A stretch of 64,000 nucleotides of DNA from Sminthopsis crassicaudata (GCF_048593235.1 NC_133617.1:260050937-260114936), one strand, 5' to 3'. Positions 34,990 through 48,902 are shown, counted from the stretch's first letter. The notes: generated by a model not told the origin, from the letters alone. Translations and numbers: made by a program.

Positions 34990-35880
34990 TTCAGAAGGAT
35001 TCTGGGAAGATGGCAGAGGAGGTCAAAAAAATCTAAGCTCTCCTAATTTTCCCCAGAAACAAAACAAAATTGCACCTCAGAATGAACACAGGTAAAAAAC
35101 AAAGAAAAGTTGGGGCAGAATTGGGGTCCTTCTGGGACAACCCTTGAAGACTAGAAGAAGGAAGATTTAACTGGTGTGAAATGCAAACACCTGCAGGCTA
35201 GCTCCATAGAAACAGCAAGTGGGGACCCTTGAGGCTTACTGAGTTCAGAGGAAGTCTCAGTCCAAACCACAAGAACTTTTACCTGCCTTCAGCATCAGGG
35301 GAATCTGGAAGACTCAGTTATTAGGAATGCCAGGCCCAGATGTGCTGCAGATATATAGTGAGAAGAAACCACCATACCCAGTGATGTGGAGGTCGTGGGA
35401 CAGGGACATTGATGGCTGTTGGCACTTGCAGGAGAAGGAAGCTTTGGGTTTGGGGTTCCAGGTCAAAGGGGATAGCTGAAGTGAAGGTAGAGGCACTATG
35501 TCCCCATCCCAGGATTAGAGGTATTTACACTAATAGTTCTCATTTAAAAAAAAAACACACAGAAAAGGAGAAAGAACCTAACCATACATTTTCCATAGTA
35601 AATTTCCTATTTATAGGGAAGACAGATTTTCAGGGAACAGTGAAGTAAAAAAAAAGTGTCTTCTACCCCAAAGAGTCCCTTTAAAAGCCTACCTGCCAGA
35701 AAGAATTTATAGAACTCAAAAAAAAAAAAAAAAGCCATTAAAAATCAAATGAGAGAGATTGAAGAAAAACCTAAAAACATCTAAGAGAAACAAGAAGAAA
35801 TGAAAAAAAAAAGTTAATTAACAAGAAATGGAGATCCAGAGTCTTAAAGAAGGAAATAATTCTTTGGAAATTAGAATTAG
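34990..35880 (+). mobile_element. Degenerate L1 5' UTR / ORF1 remnant
   Basis: gggaagatggcagag start motif; A-rich coiled-coil-like ORF1 remnant (gaaataattctttggaaattagaatt). Confidence 0.55.
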
Positions 35881-36810
35881 TGGATTACTTGCTGTCTAAG
35901 GGAGGGGGCTGGGAGAAGGGAGGGAGAAAAATTTGTAACACAAGGTTTTACAAGGGTGAATGTTGAAAATTTTCTTTGCATTTATTTTGAAATTAAAATT
36001 CTATTTTGGAACTATGCTGAAAAAGTTATCAAACTGTGCATATCCTTTGATCTAGCAGTGTTACTACTGGACTTATATCCCAAAGGGATCTTAAATAAGG
36101 GACCCACATGTGAAAAATGTTTGTGGCAGCCCTTTCTGTAGAAGCTAGAAACTGGAAACTGAATGGAAGCCCATCAATTAGAGAGTGGCTGAATCAATTG
36201 TGGTATATGAATGTTATGGAATATTATTATTTTGTAAGAAATGACCAGGAGGATGATTTCAGAGAGGCCTGGAAAGACTTACATGAACTGATGCTAAGTG
36301 AAATGAGCAGAACTAAGAGATTATTATACACTTCAAGAACAATACTATATGAAGATCAATTCTGATGGGTGTGGCTCTCTTCAATAATGAGATGATTCAA
36401 ACCAATTCTAATTGTTCAATAATGAAAAGAATCAGCTACACTCAAGAGAGAACTATGGGAAATGAGTATGGACCACAACATAGCATTTCCACTCTTTCTG
36501 TTATTGTTTGTTTGCATTTTTGTTTTCCTTCTTGGGTTTTTTTTTTACTTTCTTTCTAGATCTGATTTTTCTTGTGCAGCAAGATAACTGTATAAATATG
36601 TGTACATATGTTATATTTAACATATACTTTAACATATTTAACATGCACTGAACTACCTGCCATCTAGGGAAGGGGGGTAGAGGGAGAGGAAAAGTTGAAA
36701 CAGAAGGTTTTGTAAGGGTCAATGTTGAAAAATTACCATGCATATGTTTTGTAACAAAAAGCTATAATAATAAAAATAAAATTAAAATGCTATTATTAAA
36801 GAAAAGAAAG
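35881..36810 (+). mobile_element. L1 3' tail fragment followed by an L1 ORF2 C-terminus plus 3' UTR
   Basis: MFVAALSVEARNWKLNGSPSIREWLNQLWYMNVMEYY...LYEDQF; tail taataaaaataaa. Confidence 0.88.
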
Positions 36811-37209
36811 AAAATTACAATTGGGTAAGGGGAAGCCAGTGAAGCTATGAGACCAAGAAATACCAAAACAAAATATAGAGAAATTATTCCATTTCGAGCA
36901 CTCTATGTTCCAGCCAAACAGGAGTTCTAGATAATCCCTATATTTGATATTTCATCTCTCATCCCTATTCTTTCAGATAAATTGTCTTTTCATTCTTGCC
37001 ATACCTGTGTTCCTATCTTTTAGAATGCTTGTTTTCCTGTGAGGCACATATTGTCTATGAAGCTTTCTTTGGTCCCATGAATATCAACTCTCTTCTTCCT
37101 CAAATTATCTTGTGACTATTTGGCTGTAAACATGTTGTATCAATTAATGATATGTAACTAATGATCGATGAGGAGATGCTATGTGGTGAGGTCTTTTTAG
37201 CAACAGAAA

Positions 37210-37413
37210 NNNNNNNNNNNNNNNNNNNNNNNNNNNNNNNNNNNNNNNNNNNNNNNNNNNNNNNNNNNNNNNNNNNNNNNNNNNNNNNNNNNNNNNNNNN
37301 NNNNNNNNNNNNNNNNNNNNNNNNNNNNNNNNNNNNNNNNNNNNNNNNNNNNNNNNNNNNNNNNNNNNNNNNNNNNNNNNNNNNNNNNNNNNNNNNNNNN
37401 NNNNNNNNNNNNN
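37210..37413. other. Assembly gap (204 N)
   Basis: N run; a minus-strand SINE (37414-37508) abuts it. Confidence 1.
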
Positions 37414-37519
37414 TAAGTGATTTGCCCAGGGTCATACAACCCAGAAGTGTTAAGTAAAATTTGACTTCAGGGCTGGTGTTCTATCCTCTGCACTACCTAG
37501 CTGCCCCTATATTTTAAAA

Positions 37520-37790
37520 ACAATAGCTTTTCATTTTCAAAATATAAGCAAAGATCATTTTCAACATTCATCCTTAAAAAACACTGTGTTCCCATTTTTT
37601 CCCTCCCTTCATCTCATTCCCTCCCCTAAACAGCAAGTAATACAATATATGTTAAGTGTGTGATTCTTCTATGCATAGTTCCATAATTATCATGCTGCAT
37701 AAGAAAAATCAGATCAAAAAGGAAAAAATAAGAAAGAAAACAAAAAGCAAGCAAACAATAACAAAAAGATGAAAATACTATGTTGTGATC
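37520..37790 (-). mobile_element. L1 3' UTR fragment
   Basis: Similar to 32740-32980. Confidence 0.75.
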
Positions 37791-38149
37791 CATGGAATTA
37801 CTAATTCTAAACTTTGTTAGAAGCCAGTGTTAAAACTGAGTCCAGGAGTAGGAAGGTAGAGTAGCAATGTTGGTGGTATTTCTAGCGTATTTTGGGATAG
37901 AATATCCCACCTTTCTGAGTCTTCAGACAATTAGTGATAGAGGACTAGCTAGGTAAGGTTGGTGATGTGAAAATCTTCTCTCCGCTTTCCAGGGCAATAT
38001 CCACCCTTATGTATTGTTAAGTGTAAGAAGAATAAGTAGATTTCACAAATGTAATGATGGCTCCTTTTTTCCCTGGGTCTTTGGTCTTTGAAGACTAATT
38101 TAACTTGATTTTACAGAAGAAACAAATTTATTTTTTTACTTTATTTTTT

Positions 38150-38565
38150 AAAATTAATTTTATAATTATAACTCTTTTTTTTGGCAGTATATAGTATATA
38201 TGCATGGGTAATTTTTTACAACATTATCCCTTGCACCCACTTCTGTTCTGAATTTTCCCCTCCTTCCCTCCACCCCTTCCCCTAGATGGCATGCAGTCCC
38301 ATACATGTTAAATATATTATAGTATATCCTAGATACAATATATGTATGTAGAACCAAATTTCTTGTTGCACGGTAAGAATTGGATTCAGAAGGTAAAAAT
38401 AACCTGGGAAGAAAAACAAAAATGCAAACAGTTTACACTCATTTCCCAATGTTCCTTCTCTGGGTGTAGCTGATTCTGTCCATCATTGATCTATTGGAAC
38501 TGAATTAGATCTTATCTTTGTTGAAGATATCCACTTCCATCAGAATACATCCTCATACAGTATAT
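38150..38565 (-). mobile_element. L1 3' end
   Basis: Similar to 10770-11098 and the reverse of 34180-34530. Confidence 0.85.
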
Positions 38566-39114
38566 TTGAGAAACAAAATTTGTTATAGATTCTGTAGAAT
38601 CATAAGATTTAGAGCCCAAAATAATTTTAGACCTCGTGTAATCAAACCCAATTCATCTATTGATTTTTAATATTCAGAGAAGTTGATTTGATAACACATT
38701 AAAGTCAAAATCAAAGATTTGTTGACTCCTGTAATTTTAACAGGGATGAATTTTTAGGAATGATATGGGGAGAAAGACCTCATTTGGAGGTTACATAAAA
38801 TAAGAAGTTAGAAATGGAATAAAAGTGTTGCACAGAAGTTTTGTTTTGTCAAGGTTAGCAGCTATATAGGGAAATGTAGCCTACAATTTTGTCTTTTTAC
38901 AAATGAATAAGCAGCGGGGAAATGACTTGCTCAGAGTGACAAGGCAGTAAGTAGCAAGGGCAAGATTTGAAACTGAGTCTTCTGACTCCATATATATTGT
39001 TCCCTCCACCTTTTTTTTTTTTTAACTGTACCTCATATGTAATTTTTTTTCAGTTATCCTATTATCCTCATTACCCAGTCTAATTCCTTCAATTTCTTCT
39101 TTTATCACTAAAGC

Positions 39115-39400
39115 TAACATTTCTAATACAATGTGGAATAATAATGGTCACAATAGTCAACATTGTTTCATCCCTGATCTTATTGGGAAGGCTTCTAGCT
39201 TATCCTCATTACATATAAAGCTTGCTGATGATTTTAGATAGATACTACTTATCATTTTAAGAAAAAAACTTGCATTTATTCCTATATTCTTCAGAATTTT
39301 TAATAGGAATGGGTACTATATTTTATCAAATGCCTTTTCTGCATCAATTGAGAAAATCATGATTTCTGTTAGTTTGGTTATTGATATGGCAGTTATCCTA
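39115..39400 (-). mobile_element. L1 ORF2 (RT-region) fragment
   Basis: ccctgatcttattgggaaggcttctagcttatcc...tcaaatgccttttctgcatcaattgag. Confidence 0.7.
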
Positions 39401-39509
39401 TTATCAATATTAAGTGAGGCTTATATAGGGGCATATAATATTTGCTGCTGTCCTGTGGAAATTCACATGGAAAGGAAATCACCTATATATGGGATATTTG
39501 AATATGTGG

Positions 39510-39510
<1 letters not shown>

Positions 39511-39556
<46 letters not shown>
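39511..39556. repeat. (AC)23 microsatellite
   Basis: Direct reading. Confidence 0.95.
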
Positions 39557-39558
<2 letters not shown>

Positions 39559-40898
39559 GATCCCTGTTTCAGCATGACTTTGTTCTGACTTAATTAAGGG
39601 TTAGAACACTACAGAACTTCTCTAGTAAAATCCATGGCTTGTCAAAAAAGATTAGCCTTATAGTTTAACATGAAAATCAAGAGGATGAAGGAGTTGAAGA
39701 ATACATATCATCCCATGTCATCCAGATTCTGACATACAAATAGATTAGCAGTCAATTGAATCAACTTATCATTACCTATATCTTGGCTAGGCAGTGAAGA
39801 AAGATCATGGATTATGCTTAAAACTTAAAAAAGAGAACTGGCATATGCATCTGGGAAAATGTGCATAAGTTTTTCAGTGATCTCAGCCTATTTTTTTTTT
39901 AGAGTAAAACTCTTTTAATGATGCTATGTATTTCCAAATCATGAAACACTATGGTCTGAAAAGAAATACAATTGTAGGTAATTCAATGAAAAGAACATAT
40001 GGGCTCCAAGATGGAACATATTAGCATTGATGACTTTCTAAGACTTAATCAAAGATGGATTTAAACAAGCAGTAAATAAAAGCATGTATTATGGAGAAAG
40101 AAAGAAGGTGTCCTGTGAGTTAGAGCCTAGCTTCTTAAATTGTGATTCTTTAACTGTGGGGTCTCATAACTGAATATGGAGGGATCACATAATTATGATT
40201 TATTATCAACAAATGTTTGATTTGTATATATATACATATATACCAGGAGTATACTTGCATATCTATGTGCCAGGGGCCATGTAAACATTTTTCCAGTGAA
40301 AAGGGGGTGTGATTGAAAAAAGTTTAAGAAACTTTGAGCTATAGCATTGTGCAACCTGAATATTGCATTGTATTCATGAATTATTAAAAGACTAAAAAGA
40401 AGCTTCCATTATTTAGGATAAATCCTTCTTGGAGGATTATAGAAGGAGAAAAAGGAGAATCTCATAGTCATATAGGTGGACCAGTTTGCATGAGTAAAAT
40501 CTAGGATCCATTAAATTATTAGAAACTAACATATCCAGAAATGCAAGTTCTCTCATAAATAGAAGGGACTTGTCCTTCAAGATGTGCTGAGTAAAGGAAG
40601 GGACATAATCAGGAGACACTAACTCTAGAAGGTTCTCTGAAGAAGCTAAATTTTGGAGTAAGTATCTTATACAGACTGGTGGAACAAGGTGCAGAAAAGT
40701 CAGGAGGCCCAGTGAGGTACCAATTGGCCAGGTAAAGAAGAACTAAAGGAGATAGGAATATTACCAGTCATTTAGTCAATTAACACTTATTACATATTGA
40801 CTGTGTGCCAGACACTGTGCTAAGTTCTGGGATTATAGGAAGAGTTAAAAAAAAAAAAACCCAAGACCTTCTACTCTCAAGGAGCTCACAGTCTAATG

Positions 40899-41085
40899 AA
40901 GGGGTTTTCAAACTGTGGTCCATGGGTGAGATGCCCGCTGAGGACGTTTATGTGGCCCACTGGGTTATGGCAAATGGGCTGAGGGGCGGAGACAGAGTGT
41001 GAGTTTTTGTTTTTACTATAGTCCGGCCTCCAACAGTCTGAGGGACAGTGAACTGGCTCCTATTTAAAAAGTTTGAGGACCACTG
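40899..41085. mobile_element. 187-bp hAT-Charlie MITE (OC1/OposCharlie-like) inserted in an L2 remnant (about 40760-41960)
   Basis: Imperfect TIRs aaggggttttcaaact / agtttgaggaccactg; flanks gtctaatg (40891-40898) and ctctaatg (41088-41095) resemble an 8-bp hAT TSD. Confidence 0.75.
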
Positions 41086-42165
41086 GGCTCTAATGAGTGA
41101 CATAACTATGCACACACAAAATATATACAGAATAAACTGAAATTGATCTAGAGAGGGAATTAGAATAAAGAGTGATTGGGAAACATTTCCTGTAGAAGAT
41201 GGAATTTTAAACCTTGATGGAAGCCAGGAGGCAGAGCTAAAGAGAGCATTCCAGGCATGAGGGGATAGTCAGAGAAAATGTCGAGTCAGGAAATGGAGTA
41301 TCTTGTTTGAGAAATAACAAGGAGGGTGGTGTCAACCGAGCTCATATATTTGGGGATAAAATGTCAGATTCGAGACTGGAAAGGCTGGGGGAGCAGGTTA
41401 TAAAGGGCTTTGAATGCTAGAGAATTTTGTGTTTAATCATGGAAGTGCTAGGTAGCCACTAGAGTTTATTGAACATTGGGGTGACATGGTCAAACAAGAG
41501 CTATAGGAAGATTACATTGACAGTTGATTGGAAGAAGGACTGAAGTGGGGAGAGTGGCAGAAAGAGGCAGAAAGATCAGTCAGCTGATTGTTGTTATAGT
41601 CCTGGAGAGAAATGAGTCTGCACCAGAGTAGTAGCAGTGTTACAGGAGAGAAGGGAGTATATGTCCTTTTTGGAGAAGTGAGTCAGCAGAAAGGTTAGGG
41701 CTGGATAAATAGATCTAAGAATAATCACAATAGAGATGATAATGAAATTTGTGGAGACTAATGAGATCATCAAATGAAATAGTTGAGAGGAAGAAGAGAA
41801 AAGGACTTGAGACAGAGTACTATGGTATATATACTTTTATCATTCTGTCCTAGATGAAAATCCAGGAAAAGACTGAGAAGGAACAGTTAAGTAGGCATAA
41901 GTAGAAACAGGAAAGAGTAGTGTCTCAAAAGACAAAAGAAAAGAATATATCAAGAAAAGAGAGAACCAAAAAGATTGTTCCATAAACATACATATACATA
42001 TATCCACACACATCATGTATAATATGTACTAAACACATTACAATCTATAATACATTGTGTGCATGTGTGTGTATTTGTGTGTATGTGGTTTGGGGAATAA
42101 TGACATATATACCTAAATATTATTTTCACCAATAGAATGCATGGTCTTTGAGGACAGGGTCTTTA

Positions 42166-44603
42166 TTTTTGTCTCTATATCATCAGCACCTAGCACAACT
42201 CTAGGAACATAGTATATAGTTGACTGATTGATTTAAAAGCACATGCATGTGCATGTGCACACATACATACAGAGTGTCTGACAGAGGAAGAGGAGACTGC
42301 TCTAGATAGACAAAAGTCATTTATTAAACATCTACTATGTGGTAGGTACTATGTTAAGCTTTGGGGATACAAAGATAAACTAATCCTTGACTTCAAGTAA
42401 CTTACATTTTAACTGGGAATGGCATATATCAAGGTATGGAAGCAAGAGCAAGCTAATCGTGTTGGAATAACAAATCTATTAGTTTGGTTGCAATCAAGGA
42501 AGAGATTAAACCTCATTGTTTTTTGGGGGGAACTTAAGTGAGGGACACCTCTTTAAAAAAAAACACATAAAACCCCACCCCAAAACAACTTGCCTACAAT
42601 GGTTTAAGAAAATAACAATTCAAAGAAATCTGAACATATTTCCATTCTTTTTCTTATCACACTAAAAATGCATTTCAGAGGGCATTTCTTGAAGTTACCA
42701 AGGGAATAAAGTTATTGTTCATACTGAGGGTGGCAGCTCTATTTACCCAGGGAGAATCTATTTAGAAACCTGCAATCTTGGGCTCTTTCCAAGGCATTGT
42801 AGAATTACTCCATGGTGTCTGATTTACTTTAAAGCTTCTTGTTATTGCCACTCAGAAACAAAATTTATCCTGCACACATCCTGTTTAAAACAGAATTTTC
42901 TTCACTGTTTGGCAGAGATAAAAAAAATACTAAAATATGCATTTCACCACGTATGGTTGCTTTTTAGTATGGGCTGAAAAGGTGAACTAGTATTTGGTGT
43001 TTTCTCAAATTAGGCCAATTATTGGACTAGGTACAAATCAAACTTTTATATAATTACAATTTAAATGAATTGTCACCATGTCTATTTTTTAAAATGATAT
43101 GTTAGGGATTTTTAAACACACAGATTGAAGGAAAATTTGATGTTTCAGGTTTCAAGCAAAACTTTGAAGTACTATATATACATATATTTAATGACATCAG
43201 AAAAATTAGTAGCCTAGTCACAGAGAATGGACAATGTGAATGGCATATTGGAATCCACAAAGGCTTCAAAAAACACAGAGAAGGCCTTCAATATGTTGGA
43301 TGGATTATCTTTGAAGAAATGAAGGAAGAACGTGGACTAGTATTACGTGGAATGTGAGAAGCAATGAGAGAATTTTAATTTGCATTGGTGGAAGAAGAAA
43401 CCAATGAGATAAATTCATTAAGGTGTTGAAAGTCTCTTCTTAAGCCACAAATCTTAACTTGGGAGTCAGTCAGCAAAACTGGGAAATATAAAGACTTATT
43501 GTCACAGTGTTGATATAGGTCATTTATGATATGTTTTTCTTCTGTTATTAGATAAAACTTTTCTGAATTTTTAAAACCTTCACATAGCTTTTTAGTTAGC
43601 TCATTAAATGTATTTAAATATCATAGGGGATAGAGTGATGGTATTGAAAAAGGAAGACATGATTTCAAATCCCACTGTGATGCTAACTAGTTGCAGTTAA
43701 TTTAGCAAAGATTATATATGTTAAACACTTTGCAAACTTTGTAATTCTATATAAAAGCTGCTTCTTATGTCTTCCCATGAAACATAGGCATTAACTAATA
43801 ACTGATATTCATATAATGCTATGAGATTTTCAAAACAACTTATATACATTAATTCTAATGATTTGTTGTATACAACAACTCTTTGAAGCAGGTAGCCTTA
43901 ATCTTATTATACCCGCTTAACATTTAAAAAGAAACTGATACTCAGGCAGATTACATAAATTGCCTATGGTCACATAACTCATAAGTGTCAGAGAGAGGAT
44001 TTCAGAGTTCTCTCTAAATTACAAAGACTCTTTCCACTCTTTCCACTATATGGTACTTCCCTAGGCATATTCTGAAACATTTATTAAAACATGTCTGTTA
44101 CAAATACTATCAACTTTCTTTATGTCTTCAAAATTTCACCTGAAAGTTTTCCATCTATGGACGGTAGATACAGAGGAAAGTCAGATACCAAAAGTGATTT
44201 TTTAAATAATTTAAAACATTTAGATTAAGAGCCAGATTTCTCTTGTGGAATTTTCATTCTTGGGATCTTACCTATCTTTCTTCTACACCCTTTGAAATTT
44301 GGTCTCTCAGGTCACAGTATCAGAACATACATGCCCAGCTTTCCTGTTCTCTATCACAAACACTAAACTACGGTGAAGTCAAGGATTAGTTTATCTTTGT
44401 ATTCCCAAAGCTTAACATAGTACCTACCACATAGTAGATGTTTAATAAATGACTTTTGTCTATCTAGAGCAGTCTCCTCTTGCTCTGTCAGATACTCTGT
44501 ATGTGTGTGTGCACATGCACATGCATGTGCTTTTAAATCAATCAGTCAACTATATACTATGTTCCTAGAGTTGTGTTAGGTGCTGATGATACAGAGACAA
44601 AAA
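42166..44603. repeat. Long inverted repeat: 230-bp arms at 42166-42395 and 44374-44603, 1978-bp spacer
   Basis: Manual reverse-complement alignment: 6 mismatches in 230 bp, no indels. Confidence 0.95.
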
Positions 44604-46253
44604 TTCTCATATTTTTGAAGTTATCATTCAATAAAATCATGAAATTATTTGTAGCTTTGCTCTAGGTAGAAAAAGAGAGCTTCAGCTGATGTCTAGATAA
44701 CTGAATCACCTATCTCTACTAAATAAGACATCTATGTCAGACTTGTACTTTTTCCAGAACTTCTCACCTTCTTTCTTCCAAGGCTAACAATAGATCATAT
44801 TCTGATGACAATAATATTTTTGTTTCACCTTCCATTAATCTTTACCCAAATGTTTTTGACCATGTTTCCCACTGATACCTGGATTTCCCCTATGTCTACC
44901 TAAATATGAAAGCTACTTGTCTCCATTTTTTTTAATCTATCCTATTTTTAAAAAACAAAGTTCCCTCTTTCAGAGTCTAATAATAATAAGTTGTTATATC
45001 CCATACCAAATCCAAAGAGAATATTAAAAAGGATATTCAGTTGAGTATATTGTAATGCTATGTATGATCAAAAGTTGATAGAGAACTAATAAGGCAACAA
45101 GTATTTGTTAAATGCTGACTGACTGTGTGCTAAGTTGCAGGAATTCAAATACAAGCAAATAAATTTGGGCCTTGCCTTCAAAGAGTTTAAATTCAAAATG
45201 GGGGGGGGCAACATAAAAAAGGGGAGAGATAAAGTTCCTACTTGGGGTCACAGTGGAATTGCAATAAAGTCAAAAGTATAGTTAGGAAGGCAATGAAGCA
45301 TGTTCATTAAGGTTCTGACTCTTGAAAAGAGACTGGAGAAGGAACTTACTAGAAGAAGGAAGAGACTGGGAAGGTGGAATAATATTACAAAAGAGGGAGC
45401 TGCTTCAAGTAATACCAAAAACTTAATCTTTATATGGCACTTTAAAAGCTTTGAAATGCTTTGTATACATTATTTCATCTGACTTTTCCAATATTCCTTT
45501 AAATTATCCAGTATAGGCATCATAATCCCCATTTTACAGATGAGAATAACTAGATATGAAGAACTTAAATGACTTTTATAGGTGGGATTTGAATTCAGTT
45601 TTTCCAGATACCGAATCTAGCATTTTATCCGCTGTACCAACTTATCTAATGAAATAGAAAAATGGAGAATAGTTTCAAAAGATAGTTTCAAAAGATCATC
45701 ATGAATTCGCTGAGATTGAAAAATATACATATACAGAGGATGGAAAGATAAGCAGATGATGGAGGATGAAAATCAAGAACTGCATGTGCTCATCATGTCA
45801 GTAACTCAGTAGTGCTAAAGATAACAAAGGATGAGACTGACAAAGGTAAAGACAACAAAAAAGCATTTTTTCCTTTTTTCCTTAAGGAAAAAAAGGATCA
45901 GCAAAGTGATAGGGATGATATAATAGGGGACAGAACTGCTCATCTTTCATATTGCTAAGGAGATTTGTGTTTAAACTAGAAAGAATAGGGAAAAGCTGAA
46001 TAAGGGACATGATACTCAAGATAAATGGAAAGAGAATTGGAGGGCACCAAGCTGCTCTTGACAAGATAAGTTACTAGTACTATATGAAATATATCTTTGG
46101 GGACAGAAAAAAACTAGATTTTTGAAATACTATTGTTGATTTTTAATAGATTGCTGAGAAAGGGAAAGGTAATGAGTTTGAAAAAAAACAGATTTTTATT
46201 TTTTATTTTTTAAAGAAAAGATAACAGAGTATGCAAACTATAGGTCAGTGAAC

Positions 46254-46410
46254 NNNNNNNNNNNNNNNNNNNNNNNNNNNNNNNNNNNNNNNNNNNNNNN
46301 NNNNNNNNNNNNNNNNNNNNNNNNNNNNNNNNNNNNNNNNNNNNNNNNNNNNNNNNNNNNNNNNNNNNNNNNNNNNNNNNNNNNNNNNNNNNNNNNNNNN
46401 NNNNNNNNNA
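46254..46410. other. Assembly gap (157 N)
   Basis: N run, within CR1/L3-like remnants. Confidence 1.
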
Positions 46411-47339
46411 GCAAAGGAAGTGGTTATCAAAAGCATGACTTCCTTAGGAACAGCTTGTGCTAGACTGATTCTCCCTCTTTATAAGGTTACTCATATGAGA
46501 GAGCACAAGAATATGATATAGTTCACTTGGACTGTGGCAAAGCATTTGATAAACTATTTCATGCTATTATAAATTTTGGAGATGGAGCCGTATAGGATAA
46601 GATATGGTATATGTATGTGATTTTGAACCGTGAAGTCATTAATGGTTCAATGTTTATTTGAAAGTTATAGCTCCAATGTTAGAAGGGATGTTCAAATCTC
46701 TTTATTTTACAAATGAGGAAATGGAAGCTCAGGAAATGAAATAACTTGTGTAAGGTTACAGAGTTGTATATGTCAGAAATGAGATTTGAACCAAATTCTG
46801 TTATTTATTTGAATGACCATCCTAAAGAAAAGAGATTAGATTTGGTCTTTATGGCCCCAGAGGGCTGAACTTGAGTGAAAATTTGCTAACAGATCATATG
46901 ATGCCAGGAAAAAAAAAACATTTAGAGTTTTAGAAAAAAAAACATTTAGAACAAAAGAATTGTGCAGCCTTAAGAGGTGATGGGGTTCCTTTTATTAGAA
47001 ATCTTCAAATAAAGGATGTGTGACCACTTTTGTTGCTGAAAACATTCTTTCACATGTCTGGATAGAACCAACTAGTTCCTGAGGTTGTTTCCAACTCTGG
47101 GATTCTTTCCTTTTGTGATTCAGTGTGCCATGTTTGGATGAATTAGCATGTAAGGGGTTAAATAGAGATGTAGGAATTGCTTAAATGCACCAGCTCTGTA
47201 GTTCATATAATATTCTTTGCACCCTGAGAGATACACTGTGAGAAAACAATTGCTTTTCCTGAAGTCAGCCTAAAAGAGTAGATGTATCTGAATTTCTTTT
47301 AGTATCTACTTTTAGTTTTATCATTTATAAACATTTCAC

Positions 47340-48194
47340 ACTCTTTCTAAATATCATCAGGCTGCTTGAACTTTATGTTTACAATTTGGAATCACAAGAG
47401 AGGAAGCTAGGAGCATAGTAAAAAGCTGTACAGCTTGTCTTCCTTTCCACACTCCTACACTCCCTCCAGGGAAGAATCCTTGTGGTTTGAGACCCAATGA
47501 AATATGGCAAATGGATGTGACCCATTATAAATCTTTTGGTCGTCTGTCTTTCATCCACGTGGTAGTAGATACCTTTTCAGGATTCACTTTTGCAGTGCCA
47601 ACAGCAAAAGAGACAGCCCAAGTGGTCACTGAATTCCTTATCCAAGCATTTGCAATTATAGGTGTGCCACAAGAAATAAAAACAGATAATGGACCTGCAT
47701 ATAATTTTAAACATTTTGAGCACTTCTGCGTGCAGTATAAGATATTACACATTACTGGAATACCTTTTAATCCGCAAGGTCAGGCAATAGTAGAGAGAAG
47801 AAACAGAGACATTAAGACACTCCTCCAAAAACAAAAGAAAGGGGGAGCCACAGATAGCCCTAGGGAACTTCTAAATTTAGTTCTCTATACCAGTAATTTT
47901 CTAATTTTGAACAAAGATGCACTGGCTTTGGCAGACAGGTTTTATAACCCACCGGAAGGGCAGTGTCCAGTGCGAGCAGCTCCACTGTCCTTAGATAATC
48001 ACCAGGTGATGTAGAGAGACCTAGAAAGTGGTGAATGGAAGGGACCAGATAGGTTAAGTGCCTGGGGGAGAGGGTTTGCTTGTATCTCTACAGATGGAGA
48101 AGGAATCAGATGGGTGCCAACGAGTCGTATTCACCTTGTCCATCGGAGAGAGACAGAAAAAGAGAAAGACTTCAAAACAAAGGAGAAAATCTAA
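47340..48194 (+). pseudogene. Class II (betaretrovirus-like) ERV integrase, disabled
   Basis: One frame: YHQAA*TLCLQFGITREEARSIVKSCTAC (HHCC), NPCGLRPNEIWQMD...KTDNG...IVERRN (D,D35E), QVM*RD...WKGPD...WGRGFAC; premature stops at 47367 and 48012. Confidence 0.92.
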
Positions 48195-48502
48195 GAAACA
48201 TCTGACATTGAAAGAGCATGGCTAATAAGAAGACTGTTAAAGAACTTTAAAACCAGCAGGAATCATTGGATTTCCTAACACAAGATGAGACTAATGCTCA
48301 ATGGACTTATGGACATTTATAAATTTTCAATTTATGATTATTTGATCATGTTATTTGTTACATACTTCTAGCATGTGTTATGTTACTATGTTACTATGTG
48401 TTTATATAATCTATGTAATTATGTGTAATGCCTCCCATATTGATGGATTTATGTTTCAAGGTCATGACCACCCTATGTTCTAAATCAAAAGAAAGGGGGA
48501 GA

Positions 48503-48902
48503 TGTTAGGTTCTTACTAAGTGCTAATGAGATAATGAGATATTAAGTTTTTACTAAGTGCTAAGTCGGTACTTAACAATTTTCTAGTTCCAGCCTTTCCT
48601 GGGAGTTTGACTTGTGAATTCCTGGGGAAGAGCTTGCGTGCTTAGGAGGAGCAAGTTCATTGGTTGAAGTACTTCTTCCCAGAAGCCCTTGCATTATCCC
48701 ACGCCCATTCTCTGGGAGGATAAAGAGGGCAGCTCTGGAAGAAAAAGTCAGTCTCTGCTCTAGACAGACTTGAGGCAGCTCTCTGCAGGAAGGGAAGTCG
48801 GCTCTCTATAGGAAGAAGAATCTGTCTGAGAGATTTGAGTTGACACAGCAGATCTCCTCCCAGAGAGCGATCGGCAGCTTCTGGAGACAACAGCACGTTA
48901 CA
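48503..48902 (+). mobile_element. 3' LTR (400 bp) of the same ERV
   Basis: Polypurine tract aaaagaaaggggga at 48487-48500, then TGTTA...TTACA termini. Confidence 0.8.

Noticed and set aside
37100-37457. ORFs spanning N runs (also 46245-46463)
   Set aside because: Artefacts of assembly gaps
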